64,000 nt of DNA, taken from positions 1,801 through 65,800 of the forward strand of contig JBGSJJ010000013.1 in assembly GCA_041742075.1 (NCBI GenBank), written 5' to 3'. Within the stretch, counting starts at the first letter, position 1; each line of letters starts with the position of its first letter. This DNA is from Minisyncoccia bacterium (GTDB taxonomy: Bacteria; Patescibacteriota; Minisyncoccia; Phycocordibacterales; UBA918). The translations under genes and the position numbers were made by a program. The notes beneath the pieces were generated by a model, which was not told the DNA's origin, searched no databases, and was given only the letters and a program-made list of their open reading frames with translations. Below are positions 36,779 through 46,957 of this stretch, one piece after another.

Positions 36779-37582
36779 ATGACTACATTTTTATTGACGC
36801 TTGGCATATTTGCTTCCTGCGTACTTATATACGTAACGATTGTCTTCTTGCTTGCTCAACTGAAAGGTGACAATAGTATTATGGATATTTTCTATGGTCC
36901 GGCCTTTATGGTCTCGCTGTGGGCAACCATTTTACTCACGCTCTCCATGGATTTAAATACGTACTTAGTGGCACTTTTAGTGACGCTCTGGGCCACCAGA
37001 CTCTCGCTTCGGATTGCGCGGAAAAACTGGGGAAAAGCTGAAGATCCCCGCTACCGAGCGTGGCGGACTGCTTGGAGTCAACATGGAAAAGTGTACTTTG
37101 TACTGCGGAGCTACTTACAGATAAACCTACTCCAGGGACTGGTCGTGGTGGTGGTTGGCCTACCGCTCGTTTTGGCAGTTGTCTATGGACCAACCCTTAA
37201 TCAATCAGTCCTTCTCCTTGGTGTGTGTATCTTTTTCTGTGGGCTTATCTATGAAAGCATCGCTGATTTCCAGCTCGACCGCTTCTTGGCACGAAAAAAA
37301 GCTGGTACCGAACCAGCCACGCTTATGACTACTGGTTTGTTTCGCTTCAGCCGTCGACCAAACTATTTTGGAGAATCTGTCATTTGGTGGGGATTTGCCG
37401 TCATGACCCTCTCTGCCCCGATTGGTTTCCTTGGGCTTCTGAGTCCACTTCTTATCACGTACATTTTAACCAAAGTAACTGGCCCGATGCTCGAAGCAAT
37501 TTTTCTCGAAAAATACCCGGATGAATATAAGACGTATATGAACAAAACCAGCTACCTTGTTCCGTTTCCACCCAAGAAGTAG
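36779..37582 (+). CDS. DUF1295 / steroid 5-alpha-reductase-like membrane protein
   Basis: EDPRY, ESIADFQL, GLFRFSRRPNYFGE. Confidence 0.9.
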   Translation: MTTFLLTLGIFASCVLIYVTIVFLLAQLKGDNSIMDIFYGPAFMVSLWATILLTLSMDLNTYLVALLVTLWATRLSLRIARKNWGKAEDPRYRAWRTAWSQHGKVYFVLRSYLQINLLQGLVVVVVGLPLVLAVVYGPTLNQSVLLLGVCIFFCGLIYESIADFQLDRFLARKKAGTEPATLMTTGLFRFSRRPNYFGESVIWWGFAVMTLSAPIGFLGLLSPLLITYILTKVTGPMLEAIFLEKYPDEYKTYMNKTSYLVPFPPKK

Positions 37583-37600
37583 CCCTACAGATAACGGCCG

Positions 37601-38041
37601 TCATGGTGAGTGACGGCCGTTCTTCTTCTTTTTTATGGACAACTCGTGTCCGTCAGTAGCACCATAGGCGCGTGGGTCAGTGGTCGGTACAATACCCGCA
37701 TTTACTAAGAGCAGAAGTGCTTCTTCTGCACGGTCAATTGGTACTACCAAAGCGAAAGAATCAAGTGGAAGCCAGCACCGATTCATATAGCGGATAATAT
37801 CAAGTGGGGGCATTATCCGAAACAAGTTGTGCCACCACTGATGGTGGTTTTTTGGCACTCGAATAACGTTTGGCTCTGTGTCGACACCACCAAGCGCTGT
37901 TGGCAGGCGGTGATGTCTGGTAGTCTCGCGATTCTTTTTCTTTTCAAGCGCTTTCTTGAGCTTGCGCTCACGCATTGCTTCAGCTTGTCGTTTACGCTTT
38001 GAGAGCGCCCTTTTGCAGATAGCCTGCTGACTCGGTGACAT
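37601..38041 (-). CDS. Small HNH-like protein
   Basis: RHHRLPTALGG...NVIRVPKNHHQWWHNLF. Confidence 0.65.
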   Translation of the reverse strand: MSPSQQAICKRALSKRKRQAEAMRERKLKKALEKKKNRETTRHHRLPTALGGVDTEPNVIRVPKNHHQWWHNLFRIMPPLDIIRYMNRCWLPLDSFALVVPIDRAEEALLLLVNAGIVPTTDPRAYGATDGHELSIKKKKNGRHSP

Positions 38042-38223
38042 GGAGTGAACTCCTCATAAGATCAATTTGCCCTTACTCTATCCAAACCCCAGGTAATTGC
38101 AAGCTTATGTGTAGTGTCGGTTCCCGACTTACATAACGCTTGCACCTTACGTAGACGTTTGTTACTCTCAAAGTTAGTCCCTACGTCCTTTGACGTTATA
38201 GAAGTCCAACTTGGAGACAAGCA

Positions 38224-38769
38224 ATGTGCAAGTCGTTCGTCACTCTGTTGCTGGCAGTCATATTTGGTTTTTCTACACCAGTCTATGCGTTTTTTGATGA
38301 CCTGACTGTTCCAGACTTTAAGCTCAAAGAAGAGGCCCTGACCTGGCCTACACCCCAGAAGTTTGGACAAATTGGTGACGGGAAAGTACGTGTTATTTTT
38401 ACGCCTGCTACAATTCATTTAATTAGTGATCCACTTAAGTATCGGACTGTCTTAAGGGAGTCAGGGCTTGAGCATGCTGTCTTTATCCCATGTGGAGCAC
38501 TTGGTAAACTGTACTGTGATCAGGCTGGTGAAATAATGATTAAGCTAGCTCTCAAACCAGCTTGTTCCTCTTTCTTTTTAGGCCTCATTGACCTGAGTGC
38601 GTATCGAAGAGAAACAAAAGTACCTCTTCTGTTTGGGTCTAATCGATTAATAGTCTATGTCCAGCAAGACGAGTTTGCTGGCGCATCGGTACTCAATCGT
38701 AAAGATTCCAAACCGACGCCTGAACAAGCTAATATTTTTAATGCCTGCGTAGGTGGGGTTATAAGCTGA
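38224..38769 (+). CDS. Secreted hypothetical protein
   Basis: GGAG SD, signal peptide ending VYA. Confidence 0.6.
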   Translation: MCKSFVTLLLAVIFGFSTPVYAFFDDLTVPDFKLKEEALTWPTPQKFGQIGDGKVRVIFTPATIHLISDPLKYRTVLRESGLEHAVFIPCGALGKLYCDQAGEIMIKLALKPACSSFFLGLIDLSAYRRETKVPLLFGSNRLIVYVQQDEFAGASVLNRKDSKPTPEQANIFNACVGGVIS

Positions 38770-38915
38770 ACATATTTTATGGACAAGCCTTAATTACGGC
38801 TCCGCTTTCTTGAGAAAGTGGAGCCAATTTATTTCTGAGTTTAAACTATTGCAGATTTTTAAATTTCGATTAGTCTAATACTTAGAGAGAACCCTTTGAC
38901 AGGTGAGGTACTAAG

Positions 38916-39209
38916 GTGGATGGAGAAAGAGACTGGCAAGGCCCCCTAGAAAGTCGCACTTTTATTAAACACGTAGAAATAAGTCTAGGTTGCAATTTTC
39001 CAGTACGAACCATACTCATATTTGAAGGTCATGCCGGACTAGTGGCAATGTTTGCCGAAATTGTAAATGGTGTTGGGAAGGTTACACCAATCCCCTCTGA
39101 GTTTCGCCCACGTATTGTTTTAGAGACACTGTGCACTTTTCTTAAACAACATGAACATGCGACGCTACTCACTCTTCGTGGTGATCTGATTGGTCGATAT
39201 GACGCTTAG
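38916..39209 (+). CDS. Hypothetical protein
   Basis: GAGG SD before GTG; terminator hairpin follows. Confidence 0.45.
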   Translation: MDGERDWQGPLESRTFIKHVEISLGCNFPVRTILIFEGHAGLVAMFAEIVNGVGKVTPIPSEFRPRIVLETLCTFLKQHEHATLLTLRGDLIGRYDA

Positions 39210-39279
39210 GTGATACCCGCGGTTTTCAAGATTGAAAACCGCGGGTATTTAAAACTGTACAGTAGTATGAAACTTCGGA

Positions 39280-39735
39280 TTATTTTTTCCGACCACGTTT
39301 CTTTTTATAGTCTCTTGGTTCGGCTTTACGTTTTGCCACCTCTTCTGCTTTTAGCCGCGCATCCTCTTCACGATACCAGCCTCGCTCTTCATCGCTTCCA
39401 TGATAGCGAAAATGATCTTCCGTAAGGCCAAGCTCTTCAAGGTCGAGCTCAATCTCATGCAAAGACAAAAGCGACTTCAGTACCGCTCTTAGTTTTGCAA
39501 CCTCAATTGGTACCAGAACAGTACGAAGTGGAAGCCAAGTGGTATTCAAGGTAGCGGCGACTTCAAGAGGCGATCTGCTGTCATGAAGAAGGTGATACGC
39601 TCGGTGCTCAATTACTTTTACGACAACGATATTGCCGTCCTTAGTCTTACCTCCTTTTGAGGCTGGATGACGATGATGCTTGTTCTTACCTCGATTCTGC
39701 TTTCGTTTGGCTTTTGACTTATTGTTAGTCGACAC
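39280..39735 (-). CDS. Small HNH-like protein (paralog of 37601..38041)
   Basis: KHHRHPASKGG...NIVVVKVIEHRAYHLL. Confidence 0.65.
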   Translation of the reverse strand: MSTNNKSKAKRKQNRGKNKHHRHPASKGGKTKDGNIVVVKVIEHRAYHLLHDSRSPLEVAATLNTTWLPLRTVLVPIEVAKLRAVLKSLLSLHEIELDLEELGLTEDHFRYHGSDEERGWYREEDARLKAEEVAKRKAEPRDYKKKRGRKK

Positions 39736-39871
39736 GACGCTCTCCTAAGTAATGACGGATTCCGCACCTAGTATACGGATACTAAGGAAAAAGCAAGTAT
39801 CAGTTTGAAATACTTTTAATTATGCGTATAGTGAGTCTGAATTCGTCCCTTAAACAACTCTGGAGGCAGTT

Positions 39872-40582
39872 ATGACTCATACACAAACTCCGCTCGTGCT
39901 TATTCCGGGCGCCGGCCGTCTCGCCTGCTCGCTTTGGCCACTACAAGCGCTCGTTGACCCGACCTTGATTCCAATTGACTACGAGCGAGGTCTGCAAAAT
40001 AAAACCAAAGCTTCACTTCTCCATCACTACGGCAAACGTGTCTACCGAAAAATCCGCGATCTAAAGGGACCACTCGATATAATCGGGTGGTCAATGGGAT
40101 TTCCGGTAGCACTGAGTGCCCTCAAGCACGCAGATAAGCACCGACCAGGTCTTGTGCGCAAACTTGTTGGCATCAATCCTGGTGTCTATGGAGGCAAACC
40201 GCTCTATAACTTTCACCTTGACCCCAGGTATGTGGCACAAATTTGGTACAGCACACATGTCGATCGTGGTACCCGAACCAACACGGCAGTCAAAAGAATT
40301 CGAAAAAGAATTCTTAAATTTAATTACGTTTGTCGTGAGGATGTTCGAGCGATGATGGAGGCTGGTGACGGTGTCGTGAAAGTACCTACGCATCTTGATC
40401 CAGAGCGGGTTATAATATATTACTCGCCTGAGGACAGTATTATCCCAATACATATCACTGAACATTGTGCTCGTAGAGCCAACTTCAAAGCAGTGGCGAT
40501 TCATGGTTATGACCACGATACACCACTCTTAGATACCGAGGGAATTGTCCTCGAAAGGATTAGGGCCGACTGTAACATCTAA
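39872..40582 (+). CDS. Alpha/beta hydrolase
   Basis: GWSMG nucleophile, EDSII Asp, YDHD His. Confidence 0.8.
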   Translation: MTHTQTPLVLIPGAGRLACSLWPLQALVDPTLIPIDYERGLQNKTKASLLHHYGKRVYRKIRDLKGPLDIIGWSMGFPVALSALKHADKHRPGLVRKLVGINPGVYGGKPLYNFHLDPRYVAQIWYSTHVDRGTRTNTAVKRIRKRILKFNYVCREDVRAMMEAGDGVVKVPTHLDPERVIIYYSPEDSIIPIHITEHCARRANFKAVAIHGYDHDTPLLDTEGIVLERIRADCNI

Positions 40583-40895
40583 CCTGTTTTGTAGCTTAAA
40601 AAGCCGTGATTTCCAGCAGGAAATCACGGCTTTTCCACACCTCACTTGTGTACAGCACAAATATCATGTACACTGTACGATTATCTGGACTTATCTAGAT
40701 AGGAGAGAAATCGGACGTTTAGCTTTAAGGGAGCGACGTCCGATTTTTCGTTTTTTTAAAACCTACCCCCGCTGGAGCCTTGACAGCTAACGCGCATATG
40801 TGATGATACATGCAGAAGTTCTTCAGAACAGGCTTGACCGCCCGCTCCCTTAGGTCAAACCTGCCGAGCCAGCTCATTCTACTTTGGAGGTACCA

Positions 40896-41273
40896 ATGCT
40901 CATACCAGACCTGCCTGCGGAAGAACCAGGCTTCTTCCTTCGTCTCACGATTTTTCCTCGCCACCTCACCCCGAGCGTGTACCTAAAGTATCAGGGCGAG
41001 GTTATTACACTGACTTCATCTCGACCAAATGAGATACTACCTGAACCCAGTCATAAACTTATCTTTATCGGCTGTGGTCGGCTGAAGGAAGCGCTTGTGT
41101 TCTACGTTTCTCCCTATACTTTTGGCGACGGTCTCTTTGACCACACTGTCGATGCCATCTACTCATATGGCAATGAAAAGTTGGATACTCGTACGCTTTC
41201 GCTCCTAACAAAGCGTGGTTGGTCAGAGCTTCCACGGAAACCGCTCGAAGGTGAGGTTCGCGATGGGACGTAG
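40896..41273 (+). CDS. Hypothetical protein (paralog pair, copy 1)
   Basis: GGAGG SD; similar to next ORF. Confidence 0.6.
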   Translation: MLIPDLPAEEPGFFLRLTIFPRHLTPSVYLKYQGEVITLTSSRPNEILPEPSHKLIFIGCGRLKEALVFYVSPYTFGDGLFDHTVDAIYSYGNEKLDTRTLSLLTKRGWSELPRKPLEGEVRDGT

Positions 41274-41634
41274 AAAAGTTGCTCTACCAAGCGCTGTTGG
41301 CTACATACTCTACCTGACCATACCGGCTCGGAAGTTAGAGCGGGAAGTAATTACTGAGTACAAGGTCGACATCGCACTTACCTTTGTCGTAAAAGTACCC
41401 CTGCCCATACCAAGGGTGCGTGAACGACTGGTGTTTGCCAATACCGGTCTCGTGCATGAAGCCATCGTGTACATAGTCGATGGTGAACATCCTGCTGAGC
41501 AACAACACCGACAAGGTGAGATGGCGGTTTACGCCAATCTTAGGCAACGAGAAAAAATTGACCACCTCACCATGCGCTTACTACTTGATGAGCGTAAATG
41601 GGAACGCCTATCGATCCCTATCCTACTCAACTAA
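41263..41634 (+). CDS. Hypothetical protein (paralog pair, copy 2)
   Basis: GAGG SD; overlaps the stop of copy 1. Confidence 0.6.
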   Translation: MGRRKVALPSAVGYILYLTIPARKLEREVITEYKVDIALTFVVKVPLPIPRVRERLVFANTGLVHEAIVYIVDGEHPAEQQHRQGEMAVYANLRQREKIDHLTMRLLLDERKWERLSIPILLN

Positions 41635-41738
41635 AGCAGGCGAATGAAAAAGCCACGACTTTCTGGTCGTGGCACTTTTTTATATTTACTTTAAGACGAT
41701 AAAAATGACGGCGACACATGTCGCCGTCATTTTGGTAG

Positions 41739-42593
41739 TCAGACAATTCCTCCCACATACGAGTAGAAGGTGCCAAAGACGACGAGGATCATTCCCACCC
41801 CGTGCGAGAAATGAAACTGCTCTTTTAGGAGGAACTTAACACTCACTGCGCGCAAGAGTACGTCGTATACGTTATAGACCGCCCAAGCAAAAATAAAGCT
41901 GGGCTGGGCTTCTCCATAACCATAAAAGAACAAACTTCCCTCGACAAAAATTAAGGGTAAGAAGACGAGCCACTTTGACTTAAGGTATGGCCAATCGCTT
42001 CGCCACAACTGCAGCCGCACATAGGGCGAAGAGAAATGGACCGTGACGGGGCTGTAGTAGTTGAAGTAGCCCTTACGAGCAACAAACTCCTCAAGTGCAA
42101 TCAGGACCGCCCCACCAAACAGATAGAGCATCCACCAATCAAGTACCATAACTGACAGTACTTCTTGCGTAATCAGATGACCTTGGAAAAACAGCATCAA
42201 GCCAAGTAGAACAATGCTCCCGAACGTTACGAAGCGATGCACGAGAAAGCTTGAGAGAAGTAGTCCAAGCACCAGAAGACCAATCCCGAGTAACACCATG
42301 CCATTTAGAGGCTCGCCAGCATACACCGTGATAAGGACGCGTGATGCTACCAGCATAGTGATGAAACTACCCCAAGCCATGAGGAAGGTTGGCGCTAACC
42401 GAAACCCCCAAAAGAAGGCAACCCCGGCTAGAAAGAAAACTGGCTGAAGATAGAGATGCGTCAGCCACGACCAATAGGTGTCAAACCACTCAAGCCGGTA
42501 CCACGTTTCGACCACGTGGACGCCAAGCGTGGCACCGACAAGCCACATAATCCATTGCTTATCTTCAATCACGCTGTGCAAAGTCCTTTCCAT
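41739..42593 (-). CDS. Polytopic membrane protein (possibly DMT/EamA-like)
   Basis: About 9-10 hydrophobic segments; C-terminal FLLKEQF...GMILVVFG resembles the EamA end. Confidence 0.6.
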   Translation of the reverse strand: MERTLHSVIEDKQWIMWLVGATLGVHVVETWYRLEWFDTYWSWLTHLYLQPVFFLAGVAFFWGFRLAPTFLMAWGSFITMLVASRVLITVYAGEPLNGMVLLGIGLLVLGLLLSSFLVHRFVTFGSIVLLGLMLFFQGHLITQEVLSVMVLDWWMLYLFGGAVLIALEEFVARKGYFNYYSPVTVHFSSPYVRLQLWRSDWPYLKSKWLVFLPLIFVEGSLFFYGYGEAQPSFIFAWAVYNVYDVLLRAVSVKFLLKEQFHFSHGVGMILVVFGTFYSYVGGIV

Positions 42594-42594
42594 T

Positions 42595-42693
42595 TCAGCC
42601 TCCTAAGCTTTTAAAAAAGAGGAGCCCGGAAAGCAAGAGACCAGCGAGTAGCCAAAGATACTGTGGCCATTTAGGTTTACGCGGTAGAGCCAT
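42595..42693 (-). CDS. 32-aa single-TM peptide
   Basis: AAGGAG SD; MALPRKPKWPQYLWLLAGLLLSGLLFFKSLGG*. Confidence 0.55.
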   Translation of the reverse strand: MALPRKPKWPQYLWLLAGLLLSGLLFFKSLGG

Positions 42694-42817
42694 TTTGGTT
42701 CTCCTTGATACTATCTGCGCTATAGCAAAGCACTTTTTAGTTCTCCTATCAAGCAGTTCACTTACCATTTGACATGAGAAAAGGTGGGCGCGTACGCCCA
42801 CCTTTGGTTTTGTTGTC

Positions 42818-45103
42818 CTAGACGTACCACTCGCTCCCGTACTTGATTTCGAGCGACATGATTTGTCCGTTCTTGAAGACAGCGCCGGTTGTTGCCGTCC
42901 AGTCTGACCCGGTGATCGGACCTCTGAAGTAGTGTCCGTAGGCTCCTTTGGCGGTACCGACACGCCAGACATTGAGAAGCTTCTCGCCGGTATGGCCGTG
43001 ACCCACGATGTACTGCATCTTGTTGCCGTAAACCGTGAACGCTCCGAGACTCCGCGTATTGTTTCCCTTCGGCGCAACATCGCCATGTGAGGACAAACAG
43101 ACGCGGTACTTACCGGTCGTCTTCGCGTAGCGTTCGTCTTGACGACCAAGCGCCGTCAACCACGGATACCGTCCGTTAAACAAGACTTCCAGCGCTTCTG
43201 GCGAGACAGCTTTCCGTTTCTCACGGCTTGTTTTGGCCTCCTCGACCCGCCGTGTCGTTTCTTCTGCCATCAGGTAGCAGAGCTTGCTACCGAAGGCGTA
43301 GTTGCGAGAGTCTTCGCGCCAGAGGCACTTCTGAGCCCATTCCGTGAGCCACGCCGGATGGTTCGCAGCGACAATCACAATCTCAGCGTTCGGGAGGATT
43401 TTGTGGTGTTCGACCAACCTCTTCTCAAACGCATCGACTTCTTCTTCCGCCAAGTCAAACCCCAGACCAGCCAGGGCCGCACTCCGACTCATCTGCTTGA
43501 GCCAGAACGGGCAAGCTGGCGAGTCCGTATCGAGGCCATCGTGACGATACACTTCGTCCGGCTTCAGGGTTGGCATAATGCCGTGCTTGCCCCAGAGCGC
43601 TTTCGCAATCTCTGGGTCAGTTGAGGCGTCATGCCAATCCGGTTCAGCCACCGCCACAATGTCGTTCGGCCGATGTTCACTGCCATCGGCAGTATACAGC
43701 CGTGCGCCACCGTGTTTGGGGTCAATGTCGTACACCTCACCCGTCGCCTCATCAAGCATGATGAGTGGACGAGCGAACCACTTACGCTTACCTTTGAAGC
43801 TAATCACCCAAGCAGCAATCTCAACGTCGTTTTGTGTCACGACGCCTCGCGTGCTCTCATGACCGAGCGCATCGACGTTCAAGACCAGGCGAGTAGCCGT
43901 ACCTGCCGTCATGATGTGACGGGTTCCATCTTCACCCTGCAAAGGCAGATGCTTGAACTCGATATTGGTCCCGGCGATGATGCGCGAAAGACCCGACTTC
44001 ATACGCGCTACCCGACCCGAAAGTTTGGTGTAGAGGGTGGGAAGCAAGAACGAACTCACATCGAGAAGCAGTCGACGTTCTTCATAGACGAAGTCCTCAA
44101 AGAGCATAGAGTCTTCGAGTTCCGGCGCGAAGTTGCTCTCCAAGCGACCATCATGCGTTTTGATTGGACCAAAGCGAAGCGGGAGTCCAACAAACGTGTA
44201 GCCAAGTTCATCAGCAATCTTCTTAAACGTTTGGACTGCTGGGATGAAGGAGGCACCAATCTGCGCCGACATGACGACCAAACCTTTGGCCTGTCGCAGT
44301 TGCTTGCGAGAAACCCGGAATCGCTCGATCTGCTCGAGCGCGGCCGGGTGCATGGGAACAATTCGTCCCGTCGTCGGATGCCTGCGACTCAGACGCACAA
44401 GCTGGCGTTCGAACTCAGGATTCTTTTTCCGATAGGAGTCGTACTTACTCCGTAAACGGTCGATACCCTTGAGCGTCAGCATTTCGCCAAGCTCATGCTT
44501 CATGGCCTCGATGAGGTCATGTCCCGAGGTAAGTTTCTTGTTGTTCCAGACCCGAGCGAATTTGGCAAACTGACGGACTTTCTTCGGCACTTCTTGTTCT
44601 TTAGGCTTCTGACCGCCCCACAAGCCAACTTCCTCACGATGCTTGGCGATGAAGTTGCTGAGCATCGAAATAGTGACTTGTGGAAAATTGCCACGCTTCG
44701 GGTCACGCAGTACTTCGAGTAATCGGGTTTTGAGCCGTGCGAGATCATTTTTCTTATAATACCGCCGTGACTCTTCGTAGGCCTGCTTGATGATACGCAC
44801 GTGCACTTCGTTCCAAATACCGGCCGTACCAGCCACATCGTTGGCAGGAATCGAGAGTGTGAACGTGAGATGCTTCGGGTCGGTAATTGGTTCCGGTATG
44901 CCATCCGGAAAAAGCGTACGCCGACGTTGGTTGACTGCGTTTGCAGATAGCCTAAGTCGGTGACCGAGACGCTTGAGCTCTTCATTAAGATCGCGAGCTA
45001 TCTCAGTGAGACCATGTCCGAAACGAGTCCGCTCACTGATGAACGTATTCATCTCGAATGAGAGGCCGCTCTTTACCTTGGCCGCATTTTTAAGCTTACT
45101 CAT
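42818..45103 (-). CDS. Large calcineurin-like metallophosphoesterase, phage T5 A1-like
   Basis: MSAQ, PDWH, HDGLD, ANH, HGD, GHGH, VGT motifs in order. Confidence 0.7.
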   Translation of the reverse strand: MSKLKNAAKVKSGLSFEMNTFISERTRFGHGLTEIARDLNEELKRLGHRLRLSANAVNQRRRTLFPDGIPEPITDPKHLTFTLSIPANDVAGTAGIWNEVHVRIIKQAYEESRRYYKKNDLARLKTRLLEVLRDPKRGNFPQVTISMLSNFIAKHREEVGLWGGQKPKEQEVPKKVRQFAKFARVWNNKKLTSGHDLIEAMKHELGEMLTLKGIDRLRSKYDSYRKKNPEFERQLVRLSRRHPTTGRIVPMHPAALEQIERFRVSRKQLRQAKGLVVMSAQIGASFIPAVQTFKKIADELGYTFVGLPLRFGPIKTHDGRLESNFAPELEDSMLFEDFVYEERRLLLDVSSFLLPTLYTKLSGRVARMKSGLSRIIAGTNIEFKHLPLQGEDGTRHIMTAGTATRLVLNVDALGHESTRGVVTQNDVEIAAWVISFKGKRKWFARPLIMLDEATGEVYDIDPKHGGARLYTADGSEHRPNDIVAVAEPDWHDASTDPEIAKALWGKHGIMPTLKPDEVYRHDGLDTDSPACPFWLKQMSRSAALAGLGFDLAEEEVDAFEKRLVEHHKILPNAEIVIVAANHPAWLTEWAQKCLWREDSRNYAFGSKLCYLMAEETTRRVEEAKTSREKRKAVSPEALEVLFNGRYPWLTALGRQDERYAKTTGKYRVCLSSHGDVAPKGNNTRSLGAFTVYGNKMQYIVGHGHTGEKLLNVWRVGTAKGAYGHYFRGPITGSDWTATTGAVFKNGQIMSLEIKYGSEWYV

Positions 45104-45308
45104 TGGGGGATTCCTTCTCTTCTGGCACGGCTATAGCCGGCGCGAGGGTAGCGGTCGGACGGTTCGGAAGAACCAAGATCCTACCACCTTTGTTGCGGGG
45201 TGCGTTCACGACCGGAGCTTTTGGGGCTCCGGGGCGATGATTTGTATTGGCTGGCGTCTTTGTGAATGGTGGTCGACTTACGCCGTCACCATCACGCTTG
45301 TTTGGCAT
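45096..45308 (-). CDS. 70-aa basic Pro-rich protein
   Basis: MPNKRDG...; stop overlaps the start of the A1-like gene. Confidence 0.5.
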   Translation of the reverse strand: MPNKRDGDGVSRPPFTKTPANTNHRPGAPKAPVVNAPRNKGGRILVLPNRPTATLAPAIAVPEEKESPNE

Positions 45309-45530
45309 GGCGTTCACCTTTTGGTATGTATATCTCAACGTAAGGGAGCGAGACGTCGAGATAGGGTTGACAAGGAACACAAAGAACATGAAGACGGTAC
45401 TGGCCGTACTTCTCTTAGGTTCTGCTTCAACTATGCCTTATTTGTGTAAATTACTCAACCTGTACACGTGTATACATATATGTCAAAAGACCACCCGAAT
45501 GAATCCGGGTGGTCTAGGGTGCGTGCCACT

Positions 45531-45959
45531 CTATACGCCAATTGAAGCGTTGAAAGCCACTTCATGATGATGGCCGCGATCAGAGTGCAGGGCTTCAAAA
45601 CACAGTTTGATGAAGTCAAACGTGAGCAAGCGCTGGCCATTACACTGAGTCGGCACAAGTGACTCAAGACGCACTTCGCTTGAGGGGTGGAGCATGACTT
45701 TAATGAGTATGTCAGACGTCCACGCTGATTCTGCAAGCAAAAACAGTCGTTCTGCTATACCAGCTTCAATCAGGTCACCCTCAACCAAGTAGAGCATCTG
45801 ACCATCAAGCATCCGGCCACACGTCCAGCGTGCGCCTGGTATGTGGTTGACAACCATATGGTCTTTTTTCATCTGCTTCTTGCCTTCCTCTAAAGAACAA
45901 AAACAGAGCCCGCGGTAGGCGGGCTCTGTTTTAGATAACTCATTCTTTGACCTATCCAA
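45531..45959 (-). CDS. Hypothetical protein (true start probably near 45872)
   Basis: Open frame flanked by hairpins; no recognised motif. Confidence 0.4.
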   Translation of the reverse strand: MDRSKNELSKTEPAYRGLCFCSLEEGKKQMKKDHMVVNHIPGARWTCGRMLDGQMLYLVEGDLIEAGIAERLFLLAESAWTSDILIKVMLHPSSEVRLESLVPTQCNGQRLLTFDFIKLCFEALHSDRGHHHEVAFNASIGV

Positions 45960-46207
45960 AACACAACCGACCTTGCGGGCAGATAATCAGCACGACGAGC
46001 AGGTTGTTGTTTTGGGTAAACATTACTTTGATAATAGCAGAGAGAATTCCTCGTAGCAAGCTATGTCCCACATACGGTTTACTGTTGCAAAATAACGTTT
46101 TTATGGTACATTTCATACACCATTGTTAGTGCTTTGGTAAAAACGGGTAGGGCCGTTTATTCTGCACAGAAGACCGAGAGCCGATCTCTCATTTATTATT
46201 TAAGCCA

Positions 46208-46885
46208 ATTTATTTGACTACACTACGACCGAGTAACAATTACAGTGATAAGACTCGCATAAACCACGCTATTCGTGCTCGAGAACTACGAGTTATTGGG
46301 GCGGAAGGAGAAAACCTTGGTGTTCTCCAACTTGCCGATGCACTCAAAGCAGCAGATACTGCCAACCTCGACTTAATTGAAATCTCTCCAAAAGCAGTGC
46401 CGCCCGTAGCCAAGATTATGGACTATGGTCAGTACCGTTATGAAGTAAAACGAAAAGCCAGTGAAGTGAAGTCTAAGTCACATGTTACTGAAACGAAGAG
46501 TGTACAAGTTAAGATTGGTACCGGAGAACACGACCAACTACTGAAAGCGAAACGAGCGGCACAGTGGCTTCAAGATGGACACCGAGTAAAAGTTGATCTT
46601 TTCCTTTGGGGTCGCTACAAGTACATGGAAGAAGGGTTTCTGAAAGAACGACTTGATCGCTTCCTCAAGATTATCCCCGCTGACTACAAACTGGCTGACG
46701 AAATAAAAAAAAGTCCAAAAGGCTTCACTACTACCCTCGAACGAGTTGGAAAAAGTGTGAAAGGCCCAAAGACACTAGAGGCACCAAAAAAAGCTGACGA
46801 ACCAGCTCCAGACGGCACTGTGAAAGAAATAGCCAAATCCAAGAAAAAGTCCCTAGACGAGCTCCTCGAAGGAGGTATGAGCTAA
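46208..46885 (+). CDS. infC: Translation initiation factor IF-3 (non-AUG start, ATT 46208 or TTG 46214)
   Basis: RINHAI, LDLIEISP...PPVAKIMDYG; precedes rpmI-rplT. Confidence 0.95.
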   Translation: MYLTTLRPSNNYSDKTRINHAIRARELRVIGAEGENLGVLQLADALKAADTANLDLIEISPKAVPPVAKIMDYGQYRYEVKRKASEVKSKSHVTETKSVQVKIGTGEHDQLLKAKRAAQWLQDGHRVKVDLFLWGRYKYMEEGFLKERLDRFLKIIPADYKLADEIKKSPKGFTTTLERVGKSVKGPKTLEAPKKADEPAPDGTVKEIAKSKKKSLDELLEGGMS

Positions 46886-46957
46886 ACCCAAGAGAGTGGA
46901 CTTTTAAAGCGAAGTACGGTACAGTACTGCCACTTTTTGCCTGTTAATGCAATTATT

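Noticed and set aside
42694-43149. Upstream part of the 184-aa track ORF
   Set aside because: Overlaps the A1-like gene out of frame; only the last 32 codons have an SD-backed start
37601-45959. Prophage
   Set aside because: HNH and A1-like genes are present, but there are no structural, packaging or integrase genes and orientations are mixed
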